Shown here piece after piece: positions 9,449 through 20,500 of a stretch of 55,222 nucleotides of DNA. Positions within the stretch are counted from its first letter, which is position 1, and the number at the start of each line of letters is the position of its first letter. This DNA comes from Venenivibrio stagnispumantis (lineage in GTDB: Bacteria; Aquificota; Aquificia; Aquificales; Hydrogenothermaceae), in NCBI RefSeq assembly GCF_900182795.1, contig NZ_FXTX01000010.1, forward strand, positions 1 through 55,222, read 5' to 3'. Under the pieces are notes generated by a model. That model was given only the letters and a program-made list of their open reading frames with translations. It was not told where the DNA came from and made no database searches. A program made the translations under genes and the position numbers.

Positions 9449-10603
9449 TTATCTATGTATTTTCTCCCAAACTTTTGTAGCTTCTTTACATTCTTCTATT
9501 GTTGGAACAAGGGCTATTCTGAAATATTCTGATTGGCATATATTTTCTTTTACTTCTGTAGAACTACAGAAATTTTCTCCTATGGAAACTATAATTCCAT
9601 TTTGTATTAGATTTTTCACATAATCTTTTGAAGGTGATTTTATCCATATATAAAATGTTGCTTTTGGATATAGATACTGTAAGCCTATTTTATCTAAAAA
9701 TTCTATCATTATATCTCTTTTTGCTTTAAATATCTGATTTCTTTCTTTAACATGCTCTTCATCTGACCAAGCTTTAGCAGCTGCAAGTTGTATAAAATCC
9801 GGTGAAGCTACTCCAAAATTTGCTCTTTGTTTTTTATATTCCGATATTATTTTTTCATCTCCGGCAATAAATCCAGACCTGTATCCTGTCATTCCGCTTC
9901 TTTTAGATAAAGAATGGAAAACCACTACATTTTCTTTTTCTATTTCAAGTAAAGATAATGGTTTTTCTTCAAAATATATCTCTGTATAACATTCATCAGA
10001 ACAAAGGATTATATTATATTCTTTGCATATATGATATATATCTTCAAGATAACTTTTATCTGCTGTTGCTCCGGTTGGGTTATGTGGATAATTTATCCAG
10101 ACTATTTTTGTTTCTTCTAATATAGATTTTTCTACTTTATCTAATCTGAGTAAAAATTTATCTTCTTCTTTTAGTTTTATAGGAGTAGGTATGCCATTTG
10201 CAAATAATGTGCCTCTTTCATATACCGGATATGCCGGTGTGCCAAATATTACTCTTTTTTTTGCTTCTTCTTCATCTATAAAAACAAGTGGAAAATGAAA
10301 TATCGCTTCTTTTGAGCCGGCAGATGGTATAATCTCTTTATCCGGATTTAACTTTACTCCAAACCTTTTTTCAAACCATACTGAAATTGCATCTCTTAAC
10401 TCTTTTCTTCCGGCTACAGAAGGATATTGGGAGATTTCCGGAATAGAGTTTTTTAAAGCATCTATTATAAATTTTGGTGTTGGTTCCCTTGGGTCTCCTG
10501 TCCCAAAATCATATATCTTTATATTTTTTTCTTTAAGAGATGCTTTTATCTTATTAAGCTCTTCCATTGGATATTCTTTTAACTCTTTTATAAATCTATT
10601 CAT
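9449..10603 (-). CDS. PLP-dependent class I/II aminotransferase (LL-diaminopimelate / succinyl-DAP aminotransferase-like)
   Basis: 'YPHNPTG', '[14 protein letters not shown]' Lys-containing PLP motif; 384 aa; translationally coupled to gyrA. Confidence 0.75.
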   Translation of the reverse strand: MNRFIKELKEYPMEELNKIKASLKEKNIKIYDFGTGDPREPTPKFIIDALKNSIPEISQYPSVAGRKELRDAISVWFEKRFGVKLNPDKEIIPSAGSKEAIFHFPLVFIDEEEAKKRVIFGTPAYPVYERGTLFANGIPTPIKLKEEDKFLLRLDKVEKSILEETKIVWINYPHNPTGATADKSYLEDIYHICKEYNIILCSDECYTEIYFEEKPLSLLEIEKENVVVFHSLSKRSGMTGYRSGFIAGDEKIISEYKKQRANFGVASPDFIQLAAAKAWSDEEHVKERNQIFKAKRDIMIEFLDKIGLQYLYPKATFYIWIKSPSKDYVKNLIQNGIIVSIGENFCSSTEVKENICQSEYFRIALVPTIEECKEATKVWEKIHR

Positions 10604-13600
10604 TCTTTTACCTCTGGATATAAAATAGCTCCTATAACTTTATCTTTAAATAATAACTCTCCAATGGCTGTTCTTTTTGATGTTGGGAATACTTTTTCAT
10701 CTATTTTGGTTTTTAATATTCTGCCGGATTCAAGGGAAAGTATTACTGTATCGTTTATATTTACAGGTAGTATTACAGAAAGGGCATCATCTTTATTTAA
10801 TTTTACAGTCATTAAACCTTTTTGTCCTCTTTTCTTCGTAGGAAATTCTTCTACCGGAACAAGTTTTGCATATCCTTTTTCTGTAATTGTTAAAAGATAC
10901 TTTTTATCCTCTTTTAATAAAAATCCACCTACTACTTCATCTGATGGGTCAAGGTCTATTGCTGATATTCCTTTTGCTTTATCTTTTGTGATTCTTATTT
11001 CATTTCTTTCAAATATTAATAAATCTGCTTTCCTTGTGTATATTCCTAATACCGTGTTATCTTGGTCTGCAAAAGCTGTGCAAAGGGCATCATCTTCATC
11101 AAGAGGCATTATATTATGTGCCTGGGATTTATAAAATATATCTTCATCAGACATTCTTTTTATAAATCCTTTCTTAGATATTAAGAATACTCTATTTTCT
11201 TCTCCTTCTGATTGGTAAGCAGTTCCTACAATATCAGAATCAATATCTATTTTTTCCGGTAAATCTATAACAAGAGACCAATAAGCTGTGGCTTTTTCTG
11301 TAATAAAGCAAACCGGCTTAGAAGAATCTACCATCTGCAATGATATTATTTTTTCTCTTGGAACTGAGCTATTTGATACATCTTGAATAACTTTATTAAA
11401 TAGCTCTTCTTTTGTATAAGGCTCTGCAAGTTTATATTTTATTATTCTTCCACTATTTAAAACTGCAAATATATAATCTTCTTTAAATGTTAAATCTTTC
11501 TCTGCTGATATTATAGATGTTTTTCTTTCATCTGCATATTTTGAGATTATCTCATCCATTTCTTCAATAAATATATTTATCTTTTCTTCTTCGGAAGATA
11601 ATATTTTTTTGTATTTTTCTATATCTAATTTTAGCTGATTTTGTTCTTCTTTTAATTTTTCTGTTTCAAGGGCTGTAAATCTTGATAATCTCATATCAAG
11701 AATAGCATTTGCCTGTTTTTCTGATAAATTAAATTTATCAATCAATTGATTTCTTGCTTCTGATATATCTTTTGCCTTTCTTATTGTATCTATTATATTA
11801 TCAGCATTTTCCAATGCTTTTATTAATCCTTCTAATATATGGGACCTATTTTCTGCTTTTTCTAAATCAAATAAGGTTCTTCTTGTTATTACTTCTAATC
11901 TATGTTTTATAAATTCTGCAAGGATTTCCTTTAATGTCATTACTTTTGGCTGTTTATCTGCAAGGACTGTAAGGTTTATTGGAATATTTTTTTCAAGTGG
12001 TGTGCTTTTATATAATTTTTTCAATACTTTTTCAGGGTCTGCTTCTCTTTTTAGCTCTATTACTATTCTTATTCCGGTTCTGTCTGATTCATCTCTTAAA
12101 TCTGATATTCCTTTTTCTTTTCCTGTTTTTACAAGTTCTGCTATCTTTTTAATAAGTTCTACTTTATTAACCTGATAAGGTATTTCATATATAACTATTC
12201 TTTGCCTGTTTCCGGGAAGTTTTTCTATTCTGGCTTTACCTCTTACGGTTATAGAGCCTTTAGCTGATTTGTAAATATTTATTATCTCTTCTTGTGATGA
12301 TATTATTGTTCCACCTGTTGGAAAATCAGGAGCTTTTATAAATTGACATATTTCTTCTATGGTAGCATCCGGAAATTGGGCAAGATATTTTAATGCTTCT
12401 CCTACTTCCCTTAAATTGTGAGGAGGAATGTTAGTAGCCAAACCTACTGCTATACCGGATGTTCCATTACATATAAAATTAGGAAATTTAGAAGGTAAAA
12501 CCGTTGGCTCTTGTAGGGAAGCATCAAAATTAAGACTCATATCTACAGTATTTTTTTCTATATCTGCAAGCATTTCCATTGCAAGCTTTGTTAATCTTGC
12601 TTCTGTATTGTGATTAATAATTCCATTGGCGACAAAAGAGTGGCAATCACTATTTACCCTTATAGAGTAAACAACTTTTTTTCCGGTTTTTCTTATATTT
12701 TTTACTTTTGCAAAATAATATCTATTTTTTAGTAGTTCTTTTAAAAATTGAATATCATTAAAATCAAATATTTCTTTAATTTGATGCCAGATATTTTCTA
12801 TTTTGTAATATCTGTTTATGTTGAGATTTAAGTTATACTTTCTAAATATATACTCTCTTAAATAAGGTATAAATTCTGTTCTATCTGTTAACCAGTTATT
12901 ATTTTTTAATATATTTTTTAATTTTTTCTGTTTTTCTTCTGTCAAAAATCCTACGTTTTCATAAAATAGCTTTATATTTGAGTATTCTGATATAGATAAA
13001 TAATTGAGATATAAATCTTTTTCTATTTTTGATATAATGCCAAAATTAAGAAGTAAAATCTGGATTTGTTTTAATAGATTTTTGCTTTTAGAAAATAGAT
13101 AGATAGAGCTTTTTTCTTCATCTACTACTGCATCTTTTTCAAACAAAGCTTTTAAAAATGATTTTTGTATATTTTTAGAAGATTTTAAAACAATAGATGG
13201 AATTTCTTTTTCTTTGATTTTCTGGATAACTTTTTTACTTTTTATATTTGAGCTATGCCAATCTCTATCTATTTTATAGTTTAAATTTTCACCTTTTATT
13301 ATATTTCCATAAGCTATATAAGAGCCAAGTAAAACTGCTTCTTCTTCTGTGAGTAAATCTTGGATTGAGTCTATATCATTAAATCTGCTTACTACTATAT
13401 AATCTCCTTCTTTTATTTTATCAAGGGTTTTCCATACATAAACCGGTTTTCTATATTTTGTTTTACTTCTTTCAAAAACTAAAACCGGATGGTTATAACT
13501 TCCTTCTATCTCATATCCTTCTTCTGTTTCTATCTTTATTGTGTAATGTTCTCCACTATTGAAAAACATATCAGAATGATTTATTTTTCTATTTAATGAT

Positions 13601-14067
13601 TGGACTTTTATATCTATTGGATTATCTGAATTCAGCTGGCTGTTTGGAACTAAATCTTTTATTTTTATTAATCCTTTATCTGTATTTATTAATGTATCTC
13701 CGACAACGCAATATCTCATTGCTGCCGGTGGGTCTCCATCTATTGAGCCAAAGTTTCCCTGTCCTTCAATAAGTGGATATCTTAATGTGAAATCCTGTGC
13801 CATTCTAACAAGTGCATCATAAACAGCTGCATCTCCATGGGGGTGATACTTTGCTATAACGTTTCCTACCGTTCTTGCTGATTTCTTGTATGGTTTATTA
13901 GGATGCATTCCTTCTTCATACATTGCATAAAGTATTCTTCTTTGAACCGGTTTTAAACCATCTCTAACATCCGGAATAGCCCTTCCAACTATAACAGACA
14001 TTGCATAATCTATATAAGAGCTTTTAACTTCTTCTTCTATCGGAACTTTAATGATTTCTTCTGACAT
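10600..14067 (-). CDS. gyrA: DNA gyrase subunit A, intein-containing precursor (exteins ~787 aa + 368-aa intein)
   Basis: N-terminal '[11 protein letters not shown]', 'YHPHGD', 'AAMRY|...|TEARL' split by insertion; C-terminal beta-pinwheel repeats. Confidence 0.95.
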   Translation of the reverse strand: MSEEIIKVPIEEEVKSSYIDYAMSVIVGRAIPDVRDGLKPVQRRILYAMYEEGMHPNKPYKKSARTVGNVIAKYHPHGDAAVYDALVRMAQDFTLRYPLIEGQGNFGSIDGDPPAAMRYCVVGDTLINTDKGLIKIKDLVPNSQLNSDNPIDIKVQSLNRKINHSDMFFNSGEHYTIKIETEEGYEIEGSYNHPVLVFERSKTKYRKPVYVWKTLDKIKEGDYIVVSRFNDIDSIQDLLTEEEAVLLGSYIAYGNIIKGENLNYKIDRDWHSSNIKSKKVIQKIKEKEIPSIVLKSSKNIQKSFLKALFEKDAVVDEEKSSIYLFSKSKNLLKQIQILLLNFGIISKIEKDLYLNYLSISEYSNIKLFYENVGFLTEEKQKKLKNILKNNNWLTDRTEFIPYLREYIFRKYNLNLNINRYYKIENIWHQIKEIFDFNDIQFLKELLKNRYYFAKVKNIRKTGKKVVYSIRVNSDCHSFVANGIINHNTEARLTKLAMEMLADIEKNTVDMSLNFDASLQEPTVLPSKFPNFICNGTSGIAVGLATNIPPHNLREVGEALKYLAQFPDATIEEICQFIKAPDFPTGGTIISSQEEIINIYKSAKGSITVRGKARIEKLPGNRQRIVIYEIPYQVNKVELIKKIAELVKTGKEKGISDLRDESDRTGIRIVIELKREADPEKVLKKLYKSTPLEKNIPINLTVLADKQPKVMTLKEILAEFIKHRLEVITRRTLFDLEKAENRSHILEGLIKALENADNIIDTIRKAKDISEARNQLIDKFNLSEKQANAILDMRLSRFTALETEKLKEEQNQLKLDIEKYKKILSSEEEKINIFIEEMDEIISKYADERKTSIISAEKDLTFKEDYIFAVLNSGRIIKYKLAEPYTKEELFNKVIQDVSNSSVPREKIISLQMVDSSKPVCFITEKATAYWSLVIDLPEKIDIDSDIVGTAYQSEGEENRVFLISKKGFIKRMSDEDIFYKSQAHNIMPLDEDDALCTAFADQDNTVLGIYTRKADLLIFERNEIRITKDKAKGISAIDLDPSDEVVGGFLLKEDKKYLLTITEKGYAKLVPVEEFPTKKRGQKGLMTVKLNKDDALSVILPVNINDTVILSLESGRILKTKIDEKVFPTSKRTAIGELLFKDKVIGAILYPEVKE
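12607..13710 (-). mobile_element. GyrA intein (Mxe GyrA-like Hint domain split by a LAGLIDADG-type endonuclease-like domain)
   Basis: begins with Cys after catalytic Tyr, block B 'NHP', ends 'HN' followed by Thr; boundaries derived by codon counting (codons 120-487 of the ORF). Confidence 0.9.
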
Positions 14068-14151
14068 TCTTACACCTCATTGGAATTTTTAGATTTTTAT
14101 ATTATATATTTTACCATAGAGGGTGGTGGTTTATCTAAGAGTCATTAAGAT

Positions 14152-14724
14152 TTAAAATATATCTGCCAAGTTAATTTCGCTATTGAATATAGAAATTTTT
14201 TCATCTTTTTTAAAGATATGTATTTCTTTAAAAAATTTACCGGCTGGGTTTGTGTATTTTTCAATGATATTTTCTTTTAAATTCACAATCCAGACTTCTT
14301 TTGCTTTTCCTTTTGCATATATTGGTAGTTTTATCTGTTTGTCATATTCAATAGTTGTATCTGATATTTCTATTATTAAATAAGCATCTGATATATGTGG
14401 TATATCTTCCTTTTGATATATGCTCTCAGGATAGATAGCTATATCCGGATATAAAAGTTCTTTATTTGATTTTTTTATTGGATTTTGAGACCATATTATA
14501 TATTTTTCATTTTTCAGATATATTATTTCATAAAGTTTTTTTTCTAATCTTTCTAAAACTTTTGCATGCCTAAATCCAATAGGTGTCATCATAATGGGCT
14601 TTCCATCTATAAGTTCTATTTTATTATCTGGTTTGATTAATCCAAATTCATACATTTTTTGCAGTTGTGCTATTGTAAATTTATAAATTTTAAGTTTTAT
14701 ATTTTTTTCAGATAATAATGGCAT
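14152..14724 (-). CDS. Uma2-family endonuclease (DUF820, PD-(D/E)xK fold)
   Basis: 190 aa; 'LIDGKPIMMTPIGFRH', 'PDIAIY', 'LIIEISDTT...AKGKAKEVWIVN' pattern typical of Uma2 family. Confidence 0.8.
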   Translation of the reverse strand: MPLLSEKNIKLKIYKFTIAQLQKMYEFGLIKPDNKIELIDGKPIMMTPIGFRHAKVLERLEKKLYEIIYLKNEKYIIWSQNPIKKSNKELLYPDIAIYPESIYQKEDIPHISDAYLIIEISDTTIEYDKQIKLPIYAKGKAKEVWIVNLKENIIEKYTNPAGKFFKEIHIFKKDEKISIFNSEINLADIF

Positions 14725-14850
14725 GCAATTTAACCTCTAAAATTGATATATACTAAAAAATATAATATAAAAACAAAATCTTGCCAAGATAAATAAACAA
14801 AATAATTATGATTTAGGCTATAATTTATTAAAACAATTTGAGGAATAAAT

Positions 14851-15420
14851 TTGATAGAAAATGTAGAGTTATTTTTACAGCAGTATGGGTATATTGCTGT
14901 ATTTATAGGCACTTTTATAGAGGGAGAGGTTTTTCTTATTATTACCGGTTTTTTTATTAAACATGGTTTTTTAAATCCGACTTTATCTTTTATATTTGGA
15001 ATACTTGGAGCATTAATTCACGAGCTTATATATTTTTATCTTGGAAAATGGAAAGGAAGACAGATTTTACTTGGGAATAGATATACCAGAAAAAAATATA
15101 AAAAAGCAAAACAGATAATAGAAAAATATGGATTATTGGCAATTTTCTTAGTTAGATTTATGTATGGAATGAGAGTTATTCCTATGCTTATTTTCGGAGC
15201 TACCGGTTTTAATGCCTTAAAATTTATATTTTTTGATATAATTTCATTATCTATTTGGGCTGTATTTTTTATATCTGCCGGTTATTTTTTAGGACATACT
15301 GCAGAATATATATTTGGAAAAGCTAAAGAATATTATTTAATATTTGGATTAATTATAATATTTATCGGATTGATTTGGATTTTAATACATTATGCTAAAA
15401 AAAGTGAGGAAAAAAAATGA
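14851..15420 (+). CDS. DedA-family membrane protein
   Basis: 'YGYIAVFIGTFIEGE' and 'GMRVIPMLIFGATG' DedA/SNARE-associated motifs; TTG start. Confidence 0.85.
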   Translation: MIENVELFLQQYGYIAVFIGTFIEGEVFLIITGFFIKHGFLNPTLSFIFGILGALIHELIYFYLGKWKGRQILLGNRYTRKKYKKAKQIIEKYGLLAIFLVRFMYGMRVIPMLIFGATGFNALKFIFFDIISLSIWAVFFISAGYFLGHTAEYIFGKAKEYYLIFGLIIIFIGLIWILIHYAKKSEEKK

Positions 15421-16325
15421 AAGATTTATTATCGGTTAAACAGCTAAATAAACAACAAGTTATGGATATTTTTAATATAGCAAAAGATTATAAAACAAGA
15501 TATAAAGCCGGAGAAAGAAAATTTACAGATTTGAAAGGTTATTCTATATTACTTCCATTTTTTGAAAATTCTACAAGAACAAGAACATCTTTTGAACTTG
15601 CAGGTAAAATACTTGGAGCAGATACAATAAATATCTCTGCATCTGCTTCTTCTGTTAAAAAAGGAGAAACTTTATATGATACTGCAAAAACCCTTGAAGC
15701 TTTAAATACAGATTTTATTGTTATAAGACATTATATGTCAGGGGCACCTTTTCTTATTGCAAAAGAGGTTAAATCTCATGTAATAAATGCCGGAGATGGA
15801 ACAAATGAACATCCATCTCAAGCTTTCCTTGATGCTTTTACTATTTTAGAAAAAAAAGGAAAAATAGAAGGTCTAAAAATAGCTATAATAGGAGATATTT
15901 TACATAGTAGAGTAGCCCGTTCTGACTCTATTTTATTTAAAAAATTTGGAGCTACTGTTATATTTTGTGCTCCAATCACAATGCTTCCAAGACATACAGA
16001 AGGTTTAACAGCAGATTATATTACCACAAATATAGAAGAAGCTCTTTCAGAATGTGATGTAGCAATATTTTTAAGAATACAACTTGAAAGACAAGAAAAA
16101 CCATATTTTTCCACTCTTAATGAATACTCTGCAAAATATGGATTAAATAAAGAAAGATTAAAAATAATGAAAAAGGACGCATTAATAATGCATCCGGGAC
16201 CTGTAAATAGAGGTGTAGAAATTCAAAGTGAAATTGTTTATTCAAACCAATCTATAATTTTAGACCAAGTAGAAAATGGTTTATTTGTTAGAATGGCTAT
16301 CTATAAATATCTATTAAATGTTTGA
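15417..16325 (+). CDS. pyrB: aspartate carbamoyltransferase catalytic subunit
   Basis: 'STRTRTSFE', 'HPSQA', 'HSRVARS', C-terminal 'HPGPVNRG' (ATCase-type rather than OTCase). Confidence 0.9.
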   Translation: MKDLLSVKQLNKQQVMDIFNIAKDYKTRYKAGERKFTDLKGYSILLPFFENSTRTRTSFELAGKILGADTINISASASSVKKGETLYDTAKTLEALNTDFIVIRHYMSGAPFLIAKEVKSHVINAGDGTNEHPSQAFLDAFTILEKKGKIEGLKIAIIGDILHSRVARSDSILFKKFGATVIFCAPITMLPRHTEGLTADYITTNIEEALSECDVAIFLRIQLERQEKPYFSTLNEYSAKYGLNKERLKIMKKDALIMHPGPVNRGVEIQSEIVYSNQSIILDQVENGLFVRMAIYKYLLNV

Positions 16326-16383
16326 TATACACTATCTTGATTTAAAAATAAAACAGTGTTATATTTTTTATGGAGGTTTTTAA

Positions 16384-17298
16384 ATGAAAAAAGATTTTTT
16401 ATCGGTTTCTGATTTAGAAAGAGAGGAAGTTTTAGAGATTATTGATTATGCAGAAAAATTAAAAAAAGAGCCATTTAGCGACAAATCTTTGCAGAATAAA
16501 TCTGTTGGTCTTATTTTTATGAAGCAATCAACAAGGACAAGATTATCTTTTGAGGTGGGAGTTTATCAACTTGGAGGACAACCTTTATATATATCCGGTT
16601 CCACAACCCAATTAAGCAGAGGAGAAGATATAAAAGATACGGCAAGAGTTATGTCAAGATATTTGGATATGATAGTTATAAGGACATTTTCACATAAAGA
16701 AGTAGAAGAGCTTGCAGAATATTCTTCTATCCCTGTTATAAATGCATTAACAGATTATCTTCATCCATGTCAAGTTATGGCAGATTTACAGACCATAAAA
16801 GAAAGATTTGGAAGATTAGAAGGTTTAAAGCTGGCTTATATTGGTGATGGAAATAATATGGCAAATACATTGTTAATAGCCTGTGGTTTAATGGGAATTG
16901 ATATATCTGTTGCCACACCTTCCGGATTTGAACCAAATGGAAAAGCAGTAGCAGAAAGCATAGAGCTTGCAAAAAAATCCGGAGCAAAGATAGAAATAAC
17001 GAACGACCCAAAAAAAGCAGCTTTAAATGCTAATATACTTTATACAGATGTTTGGGTAAGTATGGGTCAAGAAAATGAAAAAAGTAAAAAAGAACTTTTT
17101 AAAGGATTTAGCATAAACAAAGATTTGGTTGCAATAGCTTCACCGGATGTTATTGTAATGCATTGCCTACCTGCCCATAAAGGAGAAGAGATAACAGAAG
17201 ATGTATTTGAAGAATTTGCAGATGTTATTTTTGACCAGGCTGAAAATAGATTACATATACAAAAAGCATTAATGAGCTATCTAATTAAAAATATATAG
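16384..17298 (+). CDS. argF: ornithine carbamoyltransferase
   Basis: 'STRTRLSFE', 'DxxxSMG'-type 'TDVWVSMG', 'HCLPAHKGEE' OTCase signature. Confidence 0.9.
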   Translation: MKKDFLSVSDLEREEVLEIIDYAEKLKKEPFSDKSLQNKSVGLIFMKQSTRTRLSFEVGVYQLGGQPLYISGSTTQLSRGEDIKDTARVMSRYLDMIVIRTFSHKEVEELAEYSSIPVINALTDYLHPCQVMADLQTIKERFGRLEGLKLAYIGDGNNMANTLLIACGLMGIDISVATPSGFEPNGKAVAESIELAKKSGAKIEITNDPKKAALNANILYTDVWVSMGQENEKSKKELFKGFSINKDLVAIASPDVIVMHCLPAHKGEEITEDVFEEFADVIFDQAENRLHIQKALMSYLIKNI

Positions 17299-17308
17299 GA
17301 GGTTTCTT

Positions 17309-18739
17309 ATGGCAAAAATAACTTACAGAAGACATGACAGAAATCCTATTCCACTTTTAGACCCAAATATAAGAAAAACTACATTCAAAGAATATGCTCT
17401 TGGCTTTGGACATACAGCAGCAGAAGATGAAGCAGATAGATGTATCCTTTGTAAAAAAGCTCCATGCACTCCTTCTTGCCCGGTTAATTCAGAGATGGAG
17501 AAATGGATAGAACAAATTCAAAAAGGGAATCTGATTGAAGCTTATAAAATATTAAGAAGAAATAATCCATTTAGCTCAATATGTGGAAGGGTTTGTCCCC
17601 AAGAAAGACTTTGTGAAAGCACCTGTGTTTTAACATTTAAAGATAATGGACAGGCTGTTTCTATTGGTGGCCTTGAAAGATTTGTAGGAGATTCTATCAG
17701 AATGTCTGGAATAGATTGGATAGATGAAAAAGAACCACCAAAAGGAAAAAGTGTTGGAATAATAGGAGCAGGTCCTGCCGGACTTGGAGCAGCATATTTC
17801 TTAGCAAAAAAAGGTTATGATGTGGTTGTATATGAAGCATTACCTTTTGCAGGCGGTGTAATGAGATATGGAATACCAAAAGCAAGATTACCAAGACATG
17901 TTCTTGATTTTGAAATAGAACTTATAAAAAAACTTGGAGTAGAAATTAAAACAGGTGTAAAAGTAGGACAGGATATACCTTTTGAAGAAATAAGAAAAAA
18001 ACATGATGCTGTATTTATAGCTGTTGGTTCAGGTCGTGGTAAAAAAATGGGAATTCCGGGAGAAAATCTAAAAGGTGTATATACAGCAATTGGATTCTTA
18101 ATGAAATCAAATGTTGATTATGTAGACCCTATGCTTGCACCTGATGAAGAGATAGAGCTTCCAAGAGGTAAAAAAGTAGCTGTAATAGGTGGTGGATTTA
18201 CTGCTGTTGATTGTTTAATAACATCTATAAGACTTGGAAATGAAACACATCTTATATATAGAAGAACAAGAGATACATCTTCTGCAAGAGATGAAGAATG
18301 GGACCATGTAGCAGAAGAAGGTTGTATTCTTCATTGGTTAACCCAACCAATAGAAGTAATAGGTAATGAAAAAGGAGAAGTTGTAGGATTAAAATGTATA
18401 AAAATGGAGCTTGTCCCTGATGAAAAAGGTGGAAGACCAAAACCAGTAGAAGTACCAAATTCAGAGCATATTATAGAATGTGATGTAGTTATAATGGCAG
18501 TAGGACAGGGAGATAATCCTATTGCTTATAAAGATGTTCCCGGATTAAAAATAGATAAATGGAACAATCTTTCTACTGTAGATGAAGGATTTAGAACAAA
18601 TATAGAAGGAGTTTTTGCTGGTGGTGATGTAGTAAATGGTGGAGATACAGTTGTAAGAGCCATAGCCCATGGTAAAAAAGCTGCCGAGTCTATCCATGAA
18701 TATCTAACAACCGGAGAATGGAAATATAATAAAGAATAA
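17309..18739 (+). CDS. glutamate synthase small-subunit-family FAD/NAD(P)H oxidoreductase with N-terminal [4Fe-4S] Cys clusters (GltD/NfnB/SudA-like)
   Basis: two Cys clusters near N-terminus, 'GAGPAGLGAAYFLA' and 'VIGGGFTAVDC' dinucleotide folds. Confidence 0.75.
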   Translation: MAKITYRRHDRNPIPLLDPNIRKTTFKEYALGFGHTAAEDEADRCILCKKAPCTPSCPVNSEMEKWIEQIQKGNLIEAYKILRRNNPFSSICGRVCPQERLCESTCVLTFKDNGQAVSIGGLERFVGDSIRMSGIDWIDEKEPPKGKSVGIIGAGPAGLGAAYFLAKKGYDVVVYEALPFAGGVMRYGIPKARLPRHVLDFEIELIKKLGVEIKTGVKVGQDIPFEEIRKKHDAVFIAVGSGRGKKMGIPGENLKGVYTAIGFLMKSNVDYVDPMLAPDEEIELPRGKKVAVIGGGFTAVDCLITSIRLGNETHLIYRRTRDTSSARDEEWDHVAEEGCILHWLTQPIEVIGNEKGEVVGLKCIKMELVPDEKGGRPKPVEVPNSEHIIECDVVIMAVGQGDNPIAYKDVPGLKIDKWNNLSTVDEGFRTNIEGVFAGGDVVNGGDTVVRAIAHGKKAAESIHEYLTTGEWKYNKE

Positions 18740-18748
18740 AAATCAAAT

Positions 18749-18780
18749 CCCCCCTGATAAAAACTCAGGGGGAAATTTTT
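18749..18780. terminator. bidirectional rho-independent terminator between convergent gltD-like and pepP-like genes
   Basis: 8-bp GC stem CCCCCTGA/TCAGGGGG with 8-nt loop, T-runs on both sides. Confidence 0.6.
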
Positions 18781-18797
18781 AAAAATAATGGAAAATT

Positions 18798-19877
18798 TTA
18801 AAGAATAATTTCGTCTAAAGGTGTTTTGGTTAAGATTTCTGCTCCTGTTTTTCTTGCAACTACAATATTTTCCAGTCTAACTCCGCCAATTTCCGGAATA
18901 TATATTCCCGGCTCTATTGTAAATACTGTATTTTCCAAAAGAATATTTTCATTATCTTTATAAATTCTTGGTTCTTCGTGGATTTCTACACCTATTCCAT
19001 GTCCAGTTGAATGCTTATAATAATCTCCATATCCATATTTTGATATAATTTCCCTTGCCTTTAAATCTATCTCCTTTATAGGTATTCCGGCTTTAACTGT
19101 ATTTACAGCTTCCAAATGGGCTTCCTTTACTACTTTATAAATATCTTTTATTTTTTGAGAAACATTACCTAAGAATATAGTTCTTGTAAAATCAGAACAA
19201 TATCCTTTATATATAAGTCCCATATCAATTAAAAGAGGTTGATTATTTTCTATCTTTGAATCAGAAGTTTCCCAATGAGGAATAGCAGAATGTTTTCCTG
19301 TTGCAACTATTGATTGGAAACTTTCACCGACCCCACCTTCTTCAAATATTAAATCTATAATCTTTCTTCTAACATCAAGCTCCGTTTTGAGCCCTTTTAT
19401 CTGTCCGATTAAATTTTTAAATACATTATCAATTTTATGGACTGCTTCCCTTATAATATCTATCTCTTCTTCTGTCTTTGTTATCCTAATATCATTTAAA
19501 AATCCTTCAAATCCTACAAGTTCTCTATCTAATCCTTCTTTTAATTTTTCATAAAAAGAGATTGTAATTTTATCTTTTTCAAAACCGATGCTTTTCTTTG
19601 TTATCTGAGATATTATCTCTTTAAGATGTTGTAGTGGCTTTTTTTCAGATGTTCCAAGTTCTATTACATTCCAATCTTTCAGTTTTTCTTTTGCAGAAGT
19701 GATATATCTTGAATCTGTTAAAAAATATTTATCTTTTTCTGTAAGAATAACAAAAGCATTTGAAGAATTAAATTTAGATAAATAAAATACATTGGCTTTA
19801 CTTGAAAATAAAAAAGCATCAAGATTGTTTTCTTTTATTTTATTTTGTATTTCTTTTAATTTATCCATTAGCAGCAT
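18798..19877 (-). CDS. M24-family Xaa-Pro aminopeptidase/dipeptidase
   Basis: 'HSTGHGIGVEIHEEP', 'DMGLIYKGYCSD' metal-binding motifs. Confidence 0.85.
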   Translation of the reverse strand: MLLMDKLKEIQNKIKENNLDAFLFSSKANVFYLSKFNSSNAFVILTEKDKYFLTDSRYITSAKEKLKDWNVIELGTSEKKPLQHLKEIISQITKKSIGFEKDKITISFYEKLKEGLDRELVGFEGFLNDIRITKTEEEIDIIREAVHKIDNVFKNLIGQIKGLKTELDVRRKIIDLIFEEGGVGESFQSIVATGKHSAIPHWETSDSKIENNQPLLIDMGLIYKGYCSDFTRTIFLGNVSQKIKDIYKVVKEAHLEAVNTVKAGIPIKEIDLKAREIISKYGYGDYYKHSTGHGIGVEIHEEPRIYKDNENILLENTVFTIEPGIYIPEIGGVRLENIVVARKTGAEILTKTPLDEIIL

Positions 19878-20425
19878 TTATCAAATAATGTGGCTTTTTT
19901 TATCTCATCTGCTTTTTCTTTTCCTACTAATTTTTCCACTATTTTTAATGCAAAACATGCTGCCGTTCCCGGTCCTCTGCTTGTTAATACATTACTATCT
20001 TCTACTACCATATCTTCTAAATAATTTACATTTTTTAATTTATCTTTATATGTAGGATAAGATGTTGCTTTTTTCCCTTCTAACACACCGGCTTCTGATA
20101 ATACATAAGGTGCAGCACATATTGCACCGGTTAATTTACCTTTATTATAAAAATGTTTTATTAGATTTTTAACTCTTTCATCTGCATTTAGATTATCTGT
20201 TCCCGGTTGTCCTCCCGGAAGAACTATCATATCAAAATCATCCGGATTTATTTTATCAATAGTTGTATCCGGAATAACCTTTACTCCTCTTGTGCTTGAT
20301 ATATATCCATCATGCAAACCTGCAATAACAACATTTATACCGGCTCTTCTAAGAATATCTATAATACTCATTGCCTCAATCTCTTCAAATCCATCTGCAA
20401 GTGGAACGACTACATTAGCCATCAC
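19868..20425 (-). CDS. DJ-1/PfpI-family protein
   Basis: 'AICAAP' nucleophile elbow, 185 aa. Confidence 0.85.
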   Translation of the reverse strand: MMANVVVPLADGFEEIEAMSIIDILRRAGINVVIAGLHDGYISSTRGVKVIPDTTIDKINPDDFDMIVLPGGQPGTDNLNADERVKNLIKHFYNKGKLTGAICAAPYVLSEAGVLEGKKATSYPTYKDKLKNVNYLEDMVVEDSNVLTSRGPGTAACFALKIVEKLVGKEKADEIKKATLFDKCC

Positions 20426-20500
20426 TCAAACCCCCATCACATCAAAATATATATTATATATTTTATCCAAATTTATATTTCTCACAACTAACAAAATGAG

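Noticed and set aside
14730-14912. 60-aa minus-strand ORF in the Uma2/DedA intergenic region
   Set aside because: It overlaps the DedA start and the probable promoter region. It has no RBS and an implausible composition.
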